A stretch of DNA of 38,317 nt from a bacterium (GTDB taxonomy: Bacteria > Patescibacteriota > Minisyncoccia > Phycocordibacterales > UBA918): NCBI GenBank assembly GCA_030430425.1, contig JAUIFS010000003.1, forward strand, positions 1 to 38,317. Direction: 5' to 3'. The position numbers and the translations under genes were made by a program. Below, one piece after another: positions 9,068 through 17,768 of the stretch. The notes under the pieces are model-generated. The model did no database searches and had not been told where the DNA came from. It saw nothing but the letters and a program-made list of their open reading frames with translations. Position 1 is the stretch's first letter, and every line of letters begins with the position of its first letter.

Positions 9068-9463
9068 CTATATATTAAGATACGTGATTGTTAGTTGAAG
9101 CACCGTTGCAAAGGATACCCATGCTACATACGGTATGTTTATGTACGTCACGAAAGGAACATAGGGATATATTACATACAGTGCCCAAAGCAGTGTTGCT
9201 AACACCAAGCATATATCTATTGCCGCAAGTGTATTATTTTGGAGTCCAAACTGCAGGGGTGTAAACGCAAAATTACATAACAGATTAAGGATAAAAGGGA
9301 GTAGTACTACAAAGGGAATGGTCCCTTTAAAATATAAATAGAAAACGTACCCAAAAGAAACGGCTATGATAGCGTACAGCACACCCCATACTGGTCCAAA
9401 AAGCCATGCTGGTGGTGCCCACGCAGGCTTTATGAGTGTTTGATACCAAGTGTATTGATCCAT
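9068..9463 (-). CDS. tspO: TspO/MBR tryptophan-rich sensory protein
   Basis: WY..LIKPAWAPPAWLFGPVW and PYVAWVSFATVL; start set at MDQYTW. Confidence 0.9.
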   Translation of the reverse strand: MDQYTWYQTLIKPAWAPPAWLFGPVWGVLYAIIAVSFGYVFYLYFKGTIPFVVLLPFILNLLCNFAFTPLQFGLQNNTLAAIDICLVLATLLWALYVIYPYVPFVTYINIPYVAWVSFATVLQLTITYLNI

Positions 9464-9591
9464 TCTTTTTAGTGTAGCATTGTAGGTAGAAAATTTTTCA
9501 ATTTTGAACATCTGGTAGGGAAAAGAAAACACCTCGCATTGTTTGATATACAGTATCTTCATTGCGAGGTGTAGTTGCAGAATATTTGTTT

Positions 9592-10101
9592 TTAGTACGC
9601 ACTTCCACGCATATCACGAGCGGCGTGGTAGGCAGCATTTAATGGCTGCAGAATCAACAGCACACAATAGATTAACCCAGGGAGCGCGACAAACCATAAC
9701 CACTGCGAGTTGTCAGGCTGTTGCTGTCGCAAGAGTTCTATGAGCGCCCTAATGGTAGTAAACGCGCTTTCATGCAGAAAATTTGCCGCTATTTGACTAG
9801 CAAAGTGAGTGCCAAAACTCTCTCCAATGATTAAGAGTACTGCAACCCAGTAGATTATCGGCGCAAGAAGCCCGTACAAGAACGTAAAATTAAAAGCGTC
9901 CCTCCCGTGGCGTTGTGCTGCTGGCTCAGTATGAATAAACCAAAAAAGGAACGGTATTACATACCAAACAATAATAACAAATCCTGCTGTAGCCAAGCTT
10001 GAACCCGTAGGAGTAAAAATAACAACTGCAGATCCCAGAGCAACTAAAAGGTGCATAAGGGCAACGAGTGATGATCTTTGAGTATTTTTGTTACTGGACA
10101 T
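9592..10101 (-). CDS. Hypothetical membrane protein (DUF4870-like)
   Basis: ALMHL, HGRDAFNF motif, several TMs; AAGGAG SD. Confidence 0.55.
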   Translation of the reverse strand: MSSNKNTQRSSLVALMHLLVALGSAVVIFTPTGSSLATAGFVIIVWYVIPFLFWFIHTEPAAQRHGRDAFNFTFLYGLLAPIIYWVAVLLIIGESFGTHFASQIAANFLHESAFTTIRALIELLRQQQPDNSQWLWFVALPGLIYCVLLILQPLNAAYHAARDMRGSAY

Positions 10102-10278
10102 CGCGAAGTCTCCTTGTCAGATGTGAGGTGCTCAATGAACTTTCGTGAGAAAGACCGTTTAAGTTCTAGTCGAACAATACTGAAATATAATATAATGTCA
10201 ACAGAGGAGGGAGAATGAATATTTTGATGATTTTAATGATCAGAAATGGCGGTTTTTTTGTTTGTACTGGCACTTATA

Positions 10279-10392
10279 GGACTGTGTGATATATTCCTCA
10301 CATCAGTCCGCCGTTCGATTCCGGACGAAAGCTATACGCTTTCTTAGTCACCCAAAACACAAAAGACCCCAGAAGGGGTCCGTGTGTTTTGG
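10279..10392. repeat. Relic tRNA-His-type element, distal end of array
   Basis: GTTCGATTCCGG, hairpin 10327-10343, TAGTCACCCA, closing hairpin 10352-10392. Confidence 0.7.
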
Positions 10393-10527
10393 ACACGTAC
10401 TGTCTCTCGAGTGGAGCCAATTTGAAGAATTGTGTCTTGCTTAGCTAAGCGACGCCAGGGTTTGTTTCAGGTGATGAGGGAGAAAGTGGTTCCATTGGGT
10501 CGGTGGGTATGGTGAAGAAGAATACAT

Positions 10528-10556
10528 TTGCTTAATTTTGTACAATATGTACAATA
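10528..10556 (+). promoter_or_regulatory. TA promoter/operator with tandem TGTACA palindromes
   Basis: TTGCTT-16nt-TACAAT; TGTACAATA repeated twice over the -10. Confidence 0.6.
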
Positions 10557-10561
10557 TAGGT

Positions 10562-10813
10562 ATGAAAACTATCACTACTACCAATGCTCGTAAACAAATC
10601 GCACAGCTTATTAATGCTGTGAGGGATACGGGGGATGTGTTTGCAATAGGGCGTCGTAATCGTCCAGAAGTGCTCCTCATAAAATTTCCTGCTGAGTACA
10701 ACAGCGAATTAAATGATATTACAAACGTGAACACCTATTCAGAGAGCTTTTCGTTTTTAGAGAATGAACCAGAGACATATTCAGTAAATGATTTAAAGAA
10801 ACGATATGTATAA
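10562..10813 (+). CDS. Phd/YefM-family antitoxin
   Basis: MKTITTTNARKQIAQLINAV...IGRRNRPEVLL; overlaps the toxin start. Confidence 0.8.
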   Translation: MKTITTTNARKQIAQLINAVRDTGDVFAIGRRNRPEVLLIKFPAEYNSELNDITNVNTYSESFSFLENEPETYSVNDLKKRYV

Positions 10814-11132
10814 GAAAGGGACTATTGTGTTGGTCCCTTTTCCGTTTACCGATTTGTCAGGTAGCAAAGTGCGACCAGCGGTGATTGTTTCTGATGGAAA
10901 GGTTGGGTCTGACGTTGTACTTTTGTTTATCACTTCACAGTTAAAATTAAAAGGGAGACATATTGTCCAAGTCGTTCCAGATCAAGAAAATGGCATAAAA
11001 ACCAAGTCTAAAATAGTTTGTTCTAAAATTGCCACTTTGGAAGCAAAAATCATACTCGGTGAGTTAGGGGTGCTGGCACCACCAGTTTTAAAAAGTATTG
11101 ATATTGAGCTCAAAAAAGTCTTGGGCCTATAA
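10806..11132 (+). CDS. PemK/MazF-family toxin
   Basis: GTIVLVPFPFTDLSGSKVRPAVIVS...ITS motif. Confidence 0.9.
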   Translation: MYKKGTIVLVPFPFTDLSGSKVRPAVIVSDGKVGSDVVLLFITSQLKLKGRHIVQVVPDQENGIKTKSKIVCSKIATLEAKIILGELGVLAPPVLKSIDIELKKVLGL

Positions 11133-11142
11133 CTTTTTATCG

Positions 11143-12023
11143 GGGCGACGTCGTAGATTGAGAAAGTGCGGGGCACTTTTGCAAGAGGTTGCCAGCTGCG
11201 CCTGCAGCGACAACCTGAACAGTCTCTGTATAGAGATGTTCGAACTGTGTTTGAGTAATTACAGGATGAAACTGTTTACATTCCAGTTTTATCTAACTAA
11301 ATTACTTCTGATGATTCAGCAATCTCAAGCATTTCTCTTACGTCTTCATCTTTCAAACACTCCTCTACGTTACTCCATAGTTCAAGGTTAACCTTTGCCC
11401 ATTTTAGGTACGACTGCTTTGCTTTATCAGTGTAGAAATATATTCCACTTTCCATAAGGTGTGTTTGTTCATCACATATTTTATGGGCAAGTTTAGCAAC
11501 ATCTACGTTGTTCTCCTCAATATACTTACTGGCAAATAATATCGGAGTCACTGGCAATGCTTTAAAAAGAGTATCAGCATCACTCAATGCTTTTGACTCT
11601 AGAGAAATATCACCATGTCGATTAGTCGTGCATTCGTCCATTATGATTTTTTCAATTTTCTCTATTTCTTCTGATGAGTAACCAGCTTTTGAAAGAATCT
11701 CCTCTCGCAGACCTTTCCCTGCTTCTGGTTTAGAGTTAGATTCGACAATGTAATTCAAATCATGTACCAAAGCGGCCGACTGAACGAGAAACTCGTTCGC
11801 TCCCAATTCCTTAGCAAATACAATGCTTTTGTTTGTAACAAAAGTGATGTGATGCCATCCATGAAACAACAGTCCATCCTGATGTTGTTGGTATAAGGTC
11901 ACAAGTTGACTTCGCAATTGGTTAATTTTTTCTGTTTCAGACATGATAAGAGTATATCAGTTCGAGCTTCCCATTAGGGTAGCTGTGAGAGCGCTATAAA
12001 TATACTTCAAAATGTTGGGCGAC
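11143..12023. mobile_element. Putative integrase-less cassette A (HD gene) bounded by GGGCGAC cores
   Basis: Cores at 11143-11149 and 12017-12023; both ends homologous to cassette B. Confidence 0.65.
11297..11944 (-). CDS. HD-domain phosphohydrolase
   Basis: FHGWHH, ALVHD, LSDADTL motifs. Confidence 0.85.
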   Translation of the reverse strand: MSETEKINQLRSQLVTLYQQHQDGLLFHGWHHITFVTNKSIVFAKELGANEFLVQSAALVHDLNYIVESNSKPEAGKGLREEILSKAGYSSEEIEKIEKIIMDECTTNRHGDISLESKALSDADTLFKALPVTPILFASKYIEENNVDVAKLAHKICDEQTHLMESGIYFYTDKAKQSYLKWAKVNLELWSNVEECLKDEDVREMLEIAESSEVI

Positions 12024-12192
12024 TACCGGGGTAATCTTTCATTACATGAACTGTACACCTTTTGGCTAGATTGTTTCGCTATGCTCACAATCTATCTCAA
12101 AAGCTTTTCGATTCGCGCAACGCTTTTCAGAGAAAAGTTGCGCCCAGTAGTCGCCCAAATGCAAAAAACTCCCGAAGGAGTTTCTGCATTCA
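12017..12192. repeat. tRNA-His-trailing element between cassettes
   Basis: GGGCGACTACCGGG; inverted TTCGATTC, hairpin 12115-12143, CCAGTAGTCGCCCA; closing hairpin 12158-12190. Confidence 0.8.
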
Positions 12193-12876
12193 GGGCGACG
12201 TCGTAGAGGACGTTCGAACTGTTTTTGAAGAGAGGAATGATACGACTGTCTTTATCCCATTACTGCATAAGGTTGTTTAACTTTCGAACAGTGTTTACAT
12301 TACGAACTGTCATATTCTTATAAATCTCTGTACCAATTATGTCGTTCATCTTGCTTTTTCCATAATCTTTCTTTTTCAAATGCCAGACCACTGCACCGTC
12401 AATATAGAGCAGTGTGTCTACCTTGGGATTTGTAACAATTTTCTTGAGCGTACCTCGGTTTGCAAAACTGTTCCAAAGAAACATAACATCGGTCTTGTAT
12501 TCTTTGTCGTTGATCCAGTCGGCTGGTATCTCCTTATTTACCTTATCTATGCTTTTTTTGCCACGGAGCACAACAGGGATATCAAGTTCAAAATTTTTCT
12601 TGATGGCTCTTTCAATCTCATTAGCTATCTTCGTGGTGTCACTTTTCTTAGTTTCAAAGATTACATTCCCTGAATTTATATAGGTAGCGACATTGGTGTA
12701 CCCAAGTGACTCAAAGCAAATTTTGAGTCTAGCCATTTCTATCTTATTGTTACCGCCAACGTTGATTCCACGAAGAAGTGCGACGTACTTTTGCATACTA
12801 AAAGTATACCAGTTCTACCTTCTCGGTATGGTATCTAGAAAACCCTTATGATACTTACTTCAAAATGCTGGGCGGC
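12193..12876. mobile_element. Putative integrase-less cassette B (DUF1697 gene)
   Basis: GGGCGAC 12193-12199 and GGGCGGC 12870-12876; ends homologous to cassette A. Confidence 0.65.
12260..12796 (-). CDS. DUF1697 family protein
   Basis: YVALLRGINVGG.NKI.M, TYINSGNVIF, T.RN.NTV.KL. Confidence 0.9.
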   Translation of the reverse strand: MQKYVALLRGINVGGNNKIEMARLKICFESLGYTNVATYINSGNVIFETKKSDTTKIANEIERAIKKNFELDIPVVLRGKKSIDKVNKEIPADWINDKEYKTDVMFLWNSFANRGTLKKIVTNPKVDTLLYIDGAVVWHLKKKDYGKSKMNDIIGTEIYKNMTVRNVNTVRKLNNLMQ

Positions 12877-13068
12877 TACTGGGAAGTTCGGTCACGAATC
12901 ACTAAGTATATTGGTTCGTCTTCGACTCCAAATCTACTAAGTGTTCTCGACCCCGACTCATTCGCGGCAAGGCCGCATCATTCCGTCTTTCGATTCCCGG
13001 ACAGAAGCAAAGCAGTTTGCTTCTTTAGCCGCCCCATACGCAAAAATCCCCGAAAGGGGATTTTGCTT
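12869..13068. repeat. tRNA-His-trailing element, proximal
   Basis: TGGGCGGCTACTGGGAA; inverted TTCGATTCCCGG 12989-13000, hairpin 13003-13024, TAGCCGCCCCA; closing hairpin 13040-13066. Confidence 0.8.
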
Positions 13069-13070
13069 TG

Positions 13071-13143
13071 GGCGACTACCGGGAATCGAACCCGAACTTC
13101 CGGTACCACAAACCGGAGCACTAACCGTTATACTATAGTCGCC
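13071..13143 (-). tRNA. tRNA-His (GUG)
   Basis: G-1:C73, GCGACTA/TAGTCGC acceptor, CCGGT-TTGTGGT-ACCGG arm, TTCGATT loop. Confidence 0.95.
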
Positions 13144-13240
13144 ATACAGCAGTATATAAAATACCGTGTGCGCATATTTATACCTATTTTTAGTACAAAT
13201 GTCGAGTATTTTCTTGTGTGAATGCGCTACAATATTGTAG

Positions 13241-13330
13241 ATGCAAGGCGAAGGACTACAAGCAGCGATATTCCTCACATTTCTGTTAGGATGTGGTGTT
13301 GGTTTTTATCTTGCTAAGTTTATTCTTTAA
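13241..13330 (+). CDS. Possible 29-aa single-TM small protein
   Basis: MQGEGLQAAIFLTFLLGCGVGFYLAKFIL; TACAAT 7 nt before ATG. Confidence 0.35.
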   Translation: MQGEGLQAAIFLTFLLGCGVGFYLAKFIL

Positions 13331-13445
13331 ATGTATCCGCTTAAGCGGTATCTTGACAGCATAAAAAGTTATTATGTCGCTCTAGAGAGCGATTTTTTGT
13401 AGTATACTCAAATAAATTTATTTATATAATAATTTGCATATTTTT

Positions 13446-13835
13446 ATGAAAGGATTTATCGAAGAGTTCAAAGCGTTTGCGGTAAAAGGAAACGTGATCG
13501 ATCTCGCCGTAGCAGTAGTTATTGGAGCTGCATTTGGGAAGATTGTTTCTTCTCTTGTTGAGAACATCATCATGCCATTGGTGGGTGTGCTCCTGGGAGG
13601 AGTGAGTTTTGCTGGTATGACCTACCAGGTAGGTGATGCGATGATCACCTACGGCGTGTTCATCCAAGCTGTTGTAGACTTTGTTATTGTTGCGTTTGTT
13701 ATCTTCATGGTAGTGAAGGCACTCAATAAAATGCAAGAAGTAGGGAAGGAAGATGAGGCTACAGACGATACTCCTGAAGAACCTTCAGAAGAAGTGAAGC
13801 TGCTACGAGAGATTCGCGACAACCTTCGCCGATAG
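13446..13835 (+). CDS. mscL: Large-conductance mechanosensitive channel
   Basis: EFKAFAVKGNVIDLAVAVVIGAAFGKIV, LLREIRD. Confidence 0.96.
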   Translation: MKGFIEEFKAFAVKGNVIDLAVAVVIGAAFGKIVSSLVENIIMPLVGVLLGGVSFAGMTYQVGDAMITYGVFIQAVVDFVIVAFVIFMVVKALNKMQEVGKEDEATDDTPEEPSEEVKLLREIRDNLRR

Positions 13836-13875
13836 GCACACTGTAGGCGTAATAAAGAAAGGCTGTGACGTTTCG

Positions 13876-14379
13876 TCACAGCCTTTTCAGCTCCGGTGGA
13901 AGCTTTTTTGTGGTGAGCGCCTCTTCAACCAATCCATATACTGTCGAGTCGGGAAGCTCCATAATAAGAGAAAGCTCGTCAACCAAACGTGCGGTTGCTT
14001 CTTCAGCAAGCTGTAGGTTGGCGTACGATCGCTCCTCTCCCTCAGGGACGAATAGGTTGCACACAAGCTGTGTCAGCTCACTGATCACACCACTGGTGAG
14101 TTTTGCATTGTGGAAGCGCTGTACTTGGTGCGGATACCCACGCACTTTCTTGCGATTTGCAATGAGTTTTTGCAGCGCCTGTTCCATCGCTTTCTTTGTG
14201 GTGATCTCACGGAGAGACTGATTGTCTAGTGGTACGTGTACGGTCATCTGTTGTCGCGCAAACCAGATGCGATACATTGGTTGCACGGCTCCGTTAACGG
14301 TACTTGTTTCAATTGATTGAACGGTGCCAACCCCATGAGCAGGGTAGATCACCGTATCTCCAGGTGAAAAAGGTCTCAT
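13876..14379 (-). CDS. CarD/CdnL-like transcription regulator, divergent
   Basis: F.PGD.VIYPAHGVG.V..IE N-terminus; AAGGAG SD before ATG 14379. Confidence 0.8.
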   Translation of the reverse strand: MRPFSPGDTVIYPAHGVGTVQSIETSTVNGAVQPMYRIWFARQQMTVHVPLDNQSLREITTKKAMEQALQKLIANRKKVRGYPHQVQRFHNAKLTSGVISELTQLVCNLFVPEGEERSYANLQLAEEATARLVDELSLIMELPDSTVYGLVEEALTTKKLPPELKRL

Positions 14380-14483
14380 GGGACATCTCCTTTCTATTGG
14401 CAACTATGCATTTTTGTTGTAAGAAAAGCAAGTTTTTCACTACACAATTAACTGGCACCCTTGCGCAAGAGACAAGAAAATTG

Positions 14484-14659
14484 CTATCCACAGGTGCGTT
14501 TGCTCTGGCACTTTCTCACCTTCGAAATATGAGGCTTAGTTTGCACTGTATTTTTGTTAATTCATAAATTATTTATCCACAATATCCATAGTTTCAGGGG
14601 TATTTTACAAATTCACGCTGGAGGGTTACTATCTAAATATCACTCGTTGATACTCCACA
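14484..14659 (+). promoter_or_regulatory. Cluster of DnaA-box-like sites upstream of nrdA
   Basis: Perfect TTATCCACA 14573-14581; CTATCCACA 14484-14492; weaker ATATCCATA and TACTCCACA. Confidence 0.5.
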
Positions 14660-14882
14660 AATCGAGTGTGTTTGGAGGACGAACACGCGATATTTCGCGC
14701 CATGTATTACCATACATGGTTATATCAGTGACTCCTCAATATGATCTTTCTTAGAAATAGTTGCCACAGCTTTAGCCAGCTGTATACAAACACACCATAC
14801 AATTATTTTTGTGAGAGATCTCCCATATGCCGCAACGGACTGGAGGTAGTCCGGGTGGTTTAGTAGCCCCTAAAAATTGAAT

Positions 14883-17768
14883 ATGTTTACGGAAATTACG
14901 AAGCGAAATGGTACAACCGTACCGTTTGATCAAAATAAAATCGTCGTCGCGATGCGAAAAGCTTTTTCGCAGGAGAATACACCTGTTACTGACGATGTAC
15001 TACAGCAAATGGCTGATCGCGTCTTTGCAAAGCTTGAGGGTGTCTGTGAAAACATTACCGAAGGTCCTTGTCCTACCGTTGAGCAAGTACAAGACCTTGT
15101 GGAGGAAACACTCATGGAGCGTGGATACTTTGTGGTTGCAAAGCACTACATCCTCTACCGATTCCAACAAACCGAAGAGCGAAAAGAAGAAGTAGTAAAA
15201 GAGATTGAAGAGAATCGTTTGATGATCAAGACTGCAGACGGCGAAGAGCAGTTTTCTCGAGACAGTGTTCGCGATTATGTTGCAAAATTCACCCATGATC
15301 TTGAAAAAGACATTGATCTCGATGGTGTTGTGAATCAAATTGAACGAGAAGTGTACGATGGTATTACCACAAAAGAGCTCACCAAATTGGTGACACTCGT
15401 ACTGCGCTCAAAGATCGAGCTCGATCCTGCGTATTCACAAGTAGCTGCGCGACAGCTCTGTGGACGCATTTATGAAGAAGCAATTATCAAAGATATCGAT
15501 GTCACCGCTGCTGATTTCACAAAGAAGTATCAAGACGCGTTTGTGCGAAATATCAAGCAAGGTATTGCCGACAAGAAGTATGCTGAAGAAATGGGAGCAT
15601 TTGACCTTACCGCGATCAGTGCAGCGATCAAGCCAGAACGAGATGACCTGTTTCGCTATCTTGGTGCAGAGACACTGAATGATCGATACTTCGTACGTGC
15701 TGCCGATGGGCATATTCTTGAGACACCACAGTACATGTGGATGCGTATCGCAATGGGGCTTGCGATCAATGAAGAGGACAAAACAGCACGTGTGCTTGAG
15801 TTCTACGAAATTATGTCAACGTTACGCTTTGTGCCATCTACTCCGACGCTGTTTCACTCAGGAACACCACACCCACAACTTTCGTCATGTTACCTCAACG
15901 TGGTGGAAGACGACCTTAACCATATCTTCAAAGTGTTTGGAGACAATGCACAGCTCTCTAAGTGGGCTGGAGGTATTGGGACTGCATGGACGAAGCTTCG
16001 TGCAACGGGTGCGCTGATCAAGACTGCAGGCATCACCTCACAAGGAACCATTCCATTTCTAAAAATCTCAAACGATGTAACGGTTGCGATCAACCGTTCA
16101 GGGCGTCGGCGTGGTGCGACGTGTGTTTATATGGAAAACTGGCACTATGACTTTCCTGACTTCCTAGAGCTCCGTAAGAACACGGGAGACGAGCGACGGC
16201 GAACCCACGACATGAATACCGCAGCATGGATTTCTGACCTATTCATGAAGCGCGTGAAGGAAAATGGTGAATGGACACTTTTCTCACCAGACGAAACACC
16301 TGAACTTACCGAAACGTTTGGGAAAGAATTTGAAGAACTCTATACAAAGTATGAAGAAATGGCAGATCGTGGAGAAATCAAACTCTTCAAAAAGATGAAG
16401 GCAGTAGATCTTTGGAAGAAGCACATTGGTATGCTCTTTGAAACAGGGCATCCATGGATCACGTTTAAAGACCCTTCAAATGTGCGTTCACCACAGGACC
16501 ACGCAGGTGTGGTACACAGTTCAAACCTGTGTACCGAGATCACACTCAATACCTCAGCGACAGAAACTGCAGTGTGTAACTTGGGATCGGTACACTTCCA
16601 TAAGCACATTACCGACGGCAAGTTTGATGAAGCACTTGCGCGAGAAACAACAACAGTAGCGATGCGTATGCTCGACAACGTCATCGATATAAACTTCTAT
16701 CCAACAAAAGAGGCGCGAAACTCAAACATGAAGCATCGTCCTGTTGGACTTGGTATTGCAGGCTTCCAAGACGCACTCTATGCAATGAACATTAACTTCG
16801 ACTCTGAAGCATGTGTGCAGTTTGCAGACCGTTCGATGGAGGTTATCTCGCATGCAGCAATTGCTGCGTCGAGTAACCTTGCACGCGAGCGTGGTGCATA
16901 CGAAAGCTTCGCAGGAAGTAAGTGGGATCGCGGCATTCTGCCGGTAGACACCATTAAGCTCCTTGAGGAAAACCGTGGCATGAGTACCGGTGTAGACACC
17001 AGCGAATCACTCGACTGGTCTGCAGTGCGAGACTCTATTAAGAAGTACGGTATGCGCAACAGTAACTGTATGGCAATTGCACCAACTGCAACAACCGCAA
17101 ACATTTCTGGTGCGATTCCAGGTATTGAACCTATCTACAAGAATATCTATGTAAAGGCGAATATCTCCGGTGACTTCATTATTGTGAACACTGCGTTGGT
17201 GAACGATCTGAAGAAGCAAGGGTTGTGGAGTAAAGATATGCTTGACGCATTGAAATACAATGATGGGTCAGTTGCAAACATTGCCGAAATTCCTGCTGAG
17301 TTAAAAGCAAAATACAAAGAAACGTTTGAGATTGACATGCGCTGGCTCGTGAAGGCAGCTGCTGCACGTGGGAAGTGGATCGATCAGTCGCAGTCACTCA
17401 ACATCTTCTACTCAGGAACGTCAGGTAAAGACATTAGTGATCTTTATCAGTACGCATGGGAAGCGGGGGTGAAGACAACATACTATCTCCGCTCACTTGC
17501 AGCGTCACAGGTTGAGAAATCAACTATTGCCACTTCAGGGACACAGATTCGAAAGAAGAAAGAGTCATCAACACAACCAGCAGAACCTGCGGTTGCTACA
17601 GATGCACCTGCAGACCAGCCAGTGCCATCACCAATGGCAACGCCATCACCTATTCAGAAGGCACACATCGACGCTGCAAAGGTATCAGAGAAAATCGCTG
17701 CAAAACCAACAGGGCAAGTAAAACTACATGTCGCAGCAGACTCAGTGTGTGAGTCATGTGAAGGTTAA
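14883..17768 (+). CDS. nrdA: Class I ribonucleotide reductase alpha subunit with N-terminal ATP-cone(s)
   Basis: KRNG ATP cone, QLSSCY, SNLCTEI, VCNLGS, APTAT, KTTYY, C-terminal CESC. Confidence 0.96.
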   Translation: MFTEITKRNGTTVPFDQNKIVVAMRKAFSQENTPVTDDVLQQMADRVFAKLEGVCENITEGPCPTVEQVQDLVEETLMERGYFVVAKHYILYRFQQTEERKEEVVKEIEENRLMIKTADGEEQFSRDSVRDYVAKFTHDLEKDIDLDGVVNQIEREVYDGITTKELTKLVTLVLRSKIELDPAYSQVAARQLCGRIYEEAIIKDIDVTAADFTKKYQDAFVRNIKQGIADKKYAEEMGAFDLTAISAAIKPERDDLFRYLGAETLNDRYFVRAADGHILETPQYMWMRIAMGLAINEEDKTARVLEFYEIMSTLRFVPSTPTLFHSGTPHPQLSSCYLNVVEDDLNHIFKVFGDNAQLSKWAGGIGTAWTKLRATGALIKTAGITSQGTIPFLKISNDVTVAINRSGRRRGATCVYMENWHYDFPDFLELRKNTGDERRRTHDMNTAAWISDLFMKRVKENGEWTLFSPDETPELTETFGKEFEELYTKYEEMADRGEIKLFKKMKAVDLWKKHIGMLFETGHPWITFKDPSNVRSPQDHAGVVHSSNLCTEITLNTSATETAVCNLGSVHFHKHITDGKFDEALARETTTVAMRMLDNVIDINFYPTKEARNSNMKHRPVGLGIAGFQDALYAMNINFDSEACVQFADRSMEVISHAAIAASSNLARERGAYESFAGSKWDRGILPVDTIKLLEENRGMSTGVDTSESLDWSAVRDSIKKYGMRNSNCMAIAPTATTANISGAIPGIEPIYKNIYVKANISGDFIIVNTALVNDLKKQGLWSKDMLDALKYNDGSVANIAEIPAELKAKYKETFEIDMRWLVKAAAARGKWIDQSQSLNIFYSGTSGKDISDLYQYAWEAGVKTTYYLRSLAASQVEKSTIATSGTQIRKKKESSTQPAEPAVATDAPADQPVPSPMATPSPIQKAHIDAAKVSEKIAAKPTGQVKLHVAADSVCESCEG

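Noticed and set aside
10313-13036. Additional plus-strand tRNA genes at the TTCGATTC motifs
   Set aside because: No D-arm or anticodon arm; T-arm and acceptor strand are split by hairpins
10279-13068. Classical integron or prophage
   Set aside because: No intI, no attC-type GTTRRRY/RYYYAAC ends recognised, no phage genes; boundaries are tRNA-derived
12865-13278. ORFs overlapping tRNA-His, likewise 4144-4347 and the 7225 extension
   Set aside because: Translations of tRNA and repeat sequence
14484-14780. Replication origin (oriC)
   Set aside because: Only one perfect DnaA box, no dnaA/dnaN nearby, and gene orientation bias does not switch here
14908-17721. Many short antisense and alternate-frame ORFs inside nrdA and other core genes
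   Set aside because: Shadow ORFs of well-supported genes
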